Part shown: in pieces, positions 60,231 to 64,000 of the stretch | Layout: every line of letters starts with the position of its first letter | Numbering within the stretch: the stretch's first letter is position 1 | NCBI GenBank assembly: GCA_964016885.1 | Contig: OZ024748.1 | Location: forward strand, 37,014,001-37,078,000 | Direction of reading: 5' to 3' | DNA: 64,000 nt | Source of the DNA: Eledone cirrhosa | Taxonomy: Eukaryota | The notes under the pieces: model-generated | What the model saw: only the letters and a program-made list of their open reading frames with translations | The model's database searches: none | Told to the model about the DNA's origin: nothing | Translations under genes and position numbers: made by a program

Positions 60231-61639
60231 CTCTCTCATATTACACCACATCCCAACACAGAGGAACCAAACTCCCACCGTCACTGCCTCTGTCTCTCCC
60301 ACTGTCTCATACTACACCATGTCCTAACACATAGGAACCAAACTCCCACTGTCACTGTCTCTGTCTCTCCCACACTCTCACATTACACCAGGTCCCAACA
60401 CAGAGGAACCAAACTCCCACTGTCACTGCCTCTGTCTCTCCCACTCTCTCATATTACACCAGGTCCCAACACAGAGGAACCAAACTCCCACTGTCACTGC
60501 CTCTGTCTCTCCCACTCTCTCATATTACTACCAGGTCCCAACACAGAGGAACCAAACTCCCACTGTCACTGCCTCTGTCTCTCCCACTCTCTCATATTAC
60601 ACCAGGTCCCAACACAGAGGAACCAAACTCCCACTGTCACTGCCTCTGTCTCTCCCACTTTCTCATATTACACCAGGTCCTAACACAGAGGAACCAAACT
60701 CCCACTGTCACTGCCTCTGTCTCTCCCACTCTCTCACATTACACCAGGTCCCAACACAGAGGAACCAAACTCCCACTGTCACTGCCTCTGTCTCTCCCAC
60801 TTTCTCACATTACACCAGGTCCTAACACAGAGGAACCAAACTCCCACTGTCACTGCCTCTGTCTCTCCCACTCTCTCACATTACACCAGGTCCCAACACA
60901 GAGGAACCAAACTCCCACTGTCACTGCCTCTGTCTCTCCCACTCTCTCACATTACACCAGGTCCTAACACAGAGGAACCAAACTCCCACTGTCACAGCCT
61001 CTGTCTCTCCCACTCTCTCATATTTCACCAGGTCCCAACACAGAGGAACCAAACTCCCACTGTCACTGCCTCTGTCTCTCCCACTCTCTCATATTACACC
61101 AGGTTCCAACACAGAGGAACCAAACTCCCACTGTCACTGCCTCTGTCTCTCCCTCTCTCTCATATTACACCAGGTCCTAACACAGAGGAACCAAACTCCC
61201 ACTGTCACTGCCTCTGTCTCTCCTACTCTCTCATACTACACCAGGTCTCAACACAGAGGAACCAAACTCCCTCTGTCACTGCCTCTGTCTTTCCCACTCT
61301 CTCATACTACACCAGGTCTCAACACAGAGGAACCAAACTCCCTCTGTCACTGCCTCTGTCTTTCCCACTCTCTCATATTACACTAGGTCCGACCACAGAG
61401 GAACCAAACTCCCACTCTCACTGCCTCTGTCTCTCCTACTCTCTCATATTACACCAGGTCTCAACACAGAGGAACCAAACTCCCTCTGTCACTGCCTCTG
61501 TCTTTCCCACTCTCTCATATTACACTAGGTCCGACCACAGAGGAACCAAACTCCCACTGTCACTTCTTCCGTTTCTACAGCTCTCCCCATCTCTCACTAT
61601 TATGAAGAAATGGTCCTCCACATTCTGGCCGCCCCTTTT

Positions 61640-61780
61640 GAACGGCGGACAGAAATGAGAAGGTGTTTCTCCGGTGGATTGAGAGGGAGATGCGCTGGAA
61701 GAGCCGTTCCAGCTGGTGAGGCTCACACCTACGGGTAACCAACCATGTGCCGATGGTGGGGAGCAGGGATAACATGCAGC
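61640..61780 (-). mobile_element. Degenerate 3' fragment of a CRE-like (RLE-type) non-LTR retrotransposon ORF
   Basis: The - strand translation LSLLPTIGTWLVTRRCEPHQLERLFQRISLSIHRRNTFSFLSA matches, from memory, the C-terminal motif of CRE-clade elements (..L..IG.RL....G(D/E)PR...(F/W)LFQR(L/I)S(I/L)AIQRGNA.S(V/I)L). LFQRISLSIHRRNTFSFLSA spans 61644-61703. No RT domain is visible and the motif is decayed (RRN for RGN). Confidence 0.6.
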
Positions 61781-62020
61781 TAAAAGTAAAGACAGTCACA
61801 ACCACATATTTTTAGATTATATTCGGGGATGGGGGTGTACTGTAAAAAGAAGACTCACCTTGAATTTGAAGAATGACCTTTACAAGTTTAGTCAATCACG
61901 CAAACCCCAATATCTATCAATCTAGTTCAGCCTGATATTTATTCCATGGATCATTATTTAATCGACTACTGGGGTAACATTTTTTTAAGTAACATCGCTT
62001 TTTACAACGGTTTTGAAACA

Positions 62021-62088
62021 CCCCCCCCCCCCACACACACACACCTCTCTCTCTCTATATCTATATATATGAGTGTGTGTGTGTGTGT
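62021..62088. repeat. Compound microsatellite C12-(AC)n-(CT)n-(TA)n-(GT)n
   Basis: Read directly from the sequence. Confidence 0.95.
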
Positions 62089-62147
62089 CTATATGGTGAT
62101 GGTATGCTTGCGTGCATGTCTGTAAGGTTTCCTTTAATAGCTTACAC

Positions 62148-62226
62148 AGTAGTAGTAGTAGTGTGTAGTAGTAGCATTAGTAGTAGTAGTAGTATTAGTA
62201 GTAGTAGTAATAGTAGTAGTAGTAGT
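62148..62226. repeat. Imperfect (AGT)n trinucleotide microsatellite
   Basis: Runs of agtagtagt with interruptions. It produces the poly-Ser and poly-Tyr ORF artefacts. Confidence 0.95.
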
Positions 62227-62235
62227 TATATTTAC

Positions 62236-62496
62236 CGGCGTTGTTGTTTGGTCTCTTCTCAAAATAGGTAAACTTTAGAGAATAAGTAAGTCTGGCTTGT
62301 GAGGTTGTAACAATATGTATATAACACAATCCAGGCGGTTGCTTGTAATCAAATGATGTACAAGACGCCGATGACAAACATTTTATTGCACAATTGTCAA
62401 TTCCAGTCTTGAATGTTAAAACTGGCGTTGCCAAAATTTTTGCAGATTTAATCTTGATGAAGCTACTTTGAAATGGCAATGATAGTTCCGGCGGTG
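62236..62496 (-). CDS. Coding exon for a PAN/apple domain (261 bp, phase 1-1)
   Basis: The translation (x)PPELSLPFQSSFIKIKSAKILATPVLTFKTGIDNCAIKCLSSASCTSFDYKQPPGLCYIHIVTTSQARLTYSLKFTYFEKRPNNNA has the PAN signature C-x3-C-x5-C-x-SF-x-Y-x6-C followed by ..YFEK. On the - strand a long pyrimidine tract ends in AAAG|CA at 62497/62496, and a donor GCCG|GTAAAT lies at 62236/62235. The length is divisible by 3. Confidence 0.82.
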
Positions 62497-62599
62497 CTTT
62501 TGTTTCAGTAAGAACAAAAAGGAAGAAAAGAAATACAAAAAAATTAAAATAAACAAAACTGTGTGATTAAAGGTTTCATATAGAATATAGTAAATATTA

Positions 62600-62813
62600 T
62601 GAGGCGGTGTTGAAAAGTTCTTGGCTGTAAAGGCCTCGAGAAAGGGTCGAACTGTTACCTTTACAGGGGAGGTAGGACTGTTACCTTTACAGTTTTATTA
62701 CCACTGCAATAAACGTGTGAATCTGAGAAGGGAATATGTTGAATAAAATCATAATTAACTGATCCTCCTGTATTTTCTTTACCCAAAGCCAGGAACTGTT
62801 CAGCACTCTCTTG
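62600..62813. mobile_element. Tc1/mariner-type MITE (214 bp), decayed
   Basis: 29-bp terminal inverted repeats at 62600-62628 (TGAGGCGGTGTTGAAAAGTTCTTGGCTGT) and 62785-62813 match at 20/29 positions. TA flanks both sides (62598-99, 62814-15). Terminal TG and CA are consistent with CpG decay of a CGAGGG.. mariner-like end. Confidence 0.68.
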
Positions 62814-62868
62814 TAGATATGTATGTGTATGTAAATATATATGTATGTGTATGTAAATATATATATAT
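62814..62868. repeat. TA/TG-rich low-complexity tract with a 22-bp tandem duplication
   Basis: ATATGTATGTGTATGTAAATAT occurs twice, followed by (TA)n. Confidence 0.85.
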
Positions 62869-63053
62869 GCGAGAAAAACCACAAACCCTCCATCTCAACT
62901 CTACTTTTGAAAAGCACAAGAATGCGAAACCGGTAAAGGAAACAAATAAATATTCCTAAAAAGACTCCAGTTTCATTTTCGATTTCATCTTTTTTCCTTA
63001 TACTTTCACTCGTGTAGGACATCTCGTCTTTTTCATTTTGTAAAACAACCCTC
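62869..63053 (+). mobile_element. Solo pseudo-LTR of a Penelope-like element, between (TA)n tracts
   Basis: Contains a complete minimal hammerhead motif, then AATAAA, a CCAGTT motif (62967) and a pyrimidine-rich tail, with TA repeats on both sides. Minimal hammerheads are an established hallmark of PLE pseudo-LTRs. Confidence 0.65.
62904..62938 (+). ncRNA. Minimal type-I hammerhead ribozyme, U3:A8 variant
   Basis: CTT-TTGAAAA-GCA-CAAGAA-TGC-GAAA-CCGG-TA-AAG: 3-bp stem I, 7-nt core UUGAAAA (C3U plus G8A covariation), 3-bp stem II, GAAA, palindromic CCGG stem III, and a GUA cleavage triplet after 62935. Confidence 0.78.

Positions 63054-63080
<27 letters not shown>
63054..63080. repeat. (AT)13 microsatellite
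   Basis: Perfect AT run separating the two PLE-derived segments. Confidence 0.97.
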
Positions 63081-63082
<2 letters not shown>

Positions 63083-63086
<4 letters not shown>

Positions 63087-63671
63087 TATCTTTAAGTCGT
63101 TTGGAAGCCTCGACAATGCAAATGGGTAAATCTCCGGGTAACAAGATCCGGTGGTGGAGAGAGAGATTTAAGTGGGTGTACGTTGAGATGCGTGGTGTGT
63201 AAAGATGTGTAAATGTGTAGAAGAAAGAAGGGAAGAGTATAAAGGATAAACTAAAAATAACAACACAAGAGAGAGTTACCTTGGGAGAGATTTAATAGTC
63301 CCTATATATTTCGGATTCACATCCATCAACTGGGGTTTTTTTCCGGGGTAAAGGTTGTCTGTCGGACAGGTGCGAAACGCGTCCTCCGCTGTTTGTTGTT
63401 TTGAATATCCGGAAAAAACCCCAGTTGATGGATGTGAATCCGAAATATATAGGGACTATTAAATCTCTCCCAAGGTAACTCTTTCTTGTGTTGTTATTTT
63501 AATTTTATCCTTTATACTCTTCCCTTCTTTCTTCTACACATTTACACATCTTTACACACCACGCATCTCAACGTACACCCACTTACATCTCTCTCTCCAC
63601 CACCGGATCTTGTTACCCGGAGATTTACCCATTTGCATTGTTGAGGCTTCTAAACGACTTAAAGATATTTA
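63083..63671. repeat. Long inverted repeat: arms 63083-63346 and 63409-63671 with a 62-bp spacer
   Basis: Manual comparison of the arms gives 6 substitutions and a 1-nt homopolymer indel over ~264 bp (~97% identity). Confidence 0.97.
63355..63388 (+). ncRNA. Partial/degenerate minimal hammerhead ribozyme (3' half intact)
   Basis: A stem II hairpin CTGT-CGG-ACAG is followed by C-GAAA-CGCG-TC (63373-63383). The CUGANGA box is absent; GTAAAGG sits in its place. Confidence 0.5.
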
Positions 63672-63685
63672 TTTATTATTCCACA

Positions 63686-64000
63686 ATGCTTCAAGCAAAC
63701 TTGAATACTCTCTTATCCTTACACCTGAGCCAGGAATTGTTTTCATCCGTAAGGGAACTGTTTAGACTGTCGGAGAAATGGGCCAACGCTGGCTGTCAAA
63801 TTATTTTCCTGAAACGCTGCCTAAAAAACGATGTCATCCCCAACACCATCAGGAACATCCGCTTACCAGTAAGCCTACGTACACCAGCTTTCCAAAACAC
63901 CACTAACCGCATACATCGCACGTGTATTCAACAGATCCTGAGACATCTCAACCGCCAATTACACGTCCATAAGCGGACACTCTCAGAGCGGACACATCGA
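63686..64000 (+). CDS. N-terminus of a Penelope-like element polyprotein (105 codons, open at the window edge; not in the ORF track)
   Basis: ATG at 63686 gives MLQANLNTLLSLHLSQELFSSVRELFRLSEKWANAGCQIIFLKRCLKNDVIPNTIRNIRLPVSLRTPAFQNTTNRIHRTCIQQILRHLNRQLHVHKRTLSERTHR with no stop. FLKRCLKNDVIP starts at 63806. Confidence 0.8.
   Translation, partial: MLQANLNTLLSLHLSQELFSSVRELFRLSEKWANAGCQIIFLKRCLKNDVIPNTIRNIRLPVSLRTPAFQNTTNRIHRTCIQQILRHLNRQLHVHKRTLSERTHR

Larger units (their letters stand above)
1..61560. repeat. 71-bp tandem satellite array, ~865 monomers, continuing off the left edge
   Basis: The same 71-mer recurs head-to-tail in one orientation with no unique spacer. Consensus composition counted by hand: A18 C29 G8 T16. 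Recurrent 70-bp deletion variants (e.g. ATACTAAACCAGGTCCAAC, CATATACACC) and rare 72-bp variants (CACTATCCTC) occur. Confidence 0.99.
63083..64000 (+). mobile_element. 5' portion of a Penelope-like retroelement with an inverted pseudo-LTR
   Basis: Inverted copy of the 5' non-coding region, a hammerhead 3' half (CGAAACGCGTC), a CCAGTTG motif, and an ORF with the PLE N-terminal motif FLxRCxxxxxxP. It is inserted next to (TA)n. RT and GIY-YIG domains would lie beyond the window. Confidence 0.8.

Noticed and set aside
1-61560. CRISPR array or repeat-spacer cassette system
   Set aside because: There are no unique spacers. The whole unit is repeated, variation consists of point changes and indels, and the context is eukaryotic.
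61520-61726. 68-aa - strand ORF
   Set aside because: It is an alternative frame of the CRE-like fragment running into the satellite, with no recognisable motif.
61581-61736. + strand exon after TTCTTCCGTTTCTACAG (LPISHYYEEMVLHILAAPFERR..)
   Set aside because: The apparent acceptor lies within a degenerate satellite monomer and the peptide is unrecognisable. The opposite strand has a recognisable retroelement motif. Not excluded without RNA data.
62032-62088. (CA)n..(TG)n fold-back hairpin
   Set aside because: Expected by chance in compound microsatellites, with no other support.
62077-62271. 64-aa Ser-rich ORF
   Set aside because: Translation of (GT)n and (AGT)n microsatellites.
62661-63055. 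73-aa and 122-aa - strand ORFs
   Set aside because: They cross a MITE, TA tracts and the antisense strand of a pseudo-LTR. The Y/I/H runs come from microsatellites.

Overview
This is eukaryotic (metazoan) genomic DNA. About 96% of the window (1 to ~61,560) is one uninterrupted head-to-tail satellite of a 71-bp monomer (~865 copies; consensus AACACAGAGGAACCAAACTCCCACTGTCACTGCCTCTGTCTCTCCCACTCTCTCATATTACACCAGGTCC[C/T]). It is C-rich on the + strand and has nested higher-order repeats (142, 211/213, 1133, ~2200, 3114, 3762 and ~8700 bp). All ORF-track entries inside it are artefacts of the repeat. The last 2.4 kb is dense. On the - strand, a fragment resembling the C-terminus of a CRE-type (restriction-like endonuclease) non-LTR retrotransposon runs straight into a degenerate first satellite monomer. 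Next come a symmetric phase 1-1 exon for a PAN/apple domain (- strand), a mariner-like MITE, and a solo Penelope-like pseudo-LTR with a complete minimal hammerhead ribozyme (U3:A8 variant). The window ends in the 5' part of a Penelope-like element: a 264-bp inverted repeat, a damaged hammerhead in its spacer, and an ORF open to the edge. Family assignments rest on motif recognition from memory, not database searches. The repeat landscape suggests a mollusc, possibly a cephalopod, but that is inference only.
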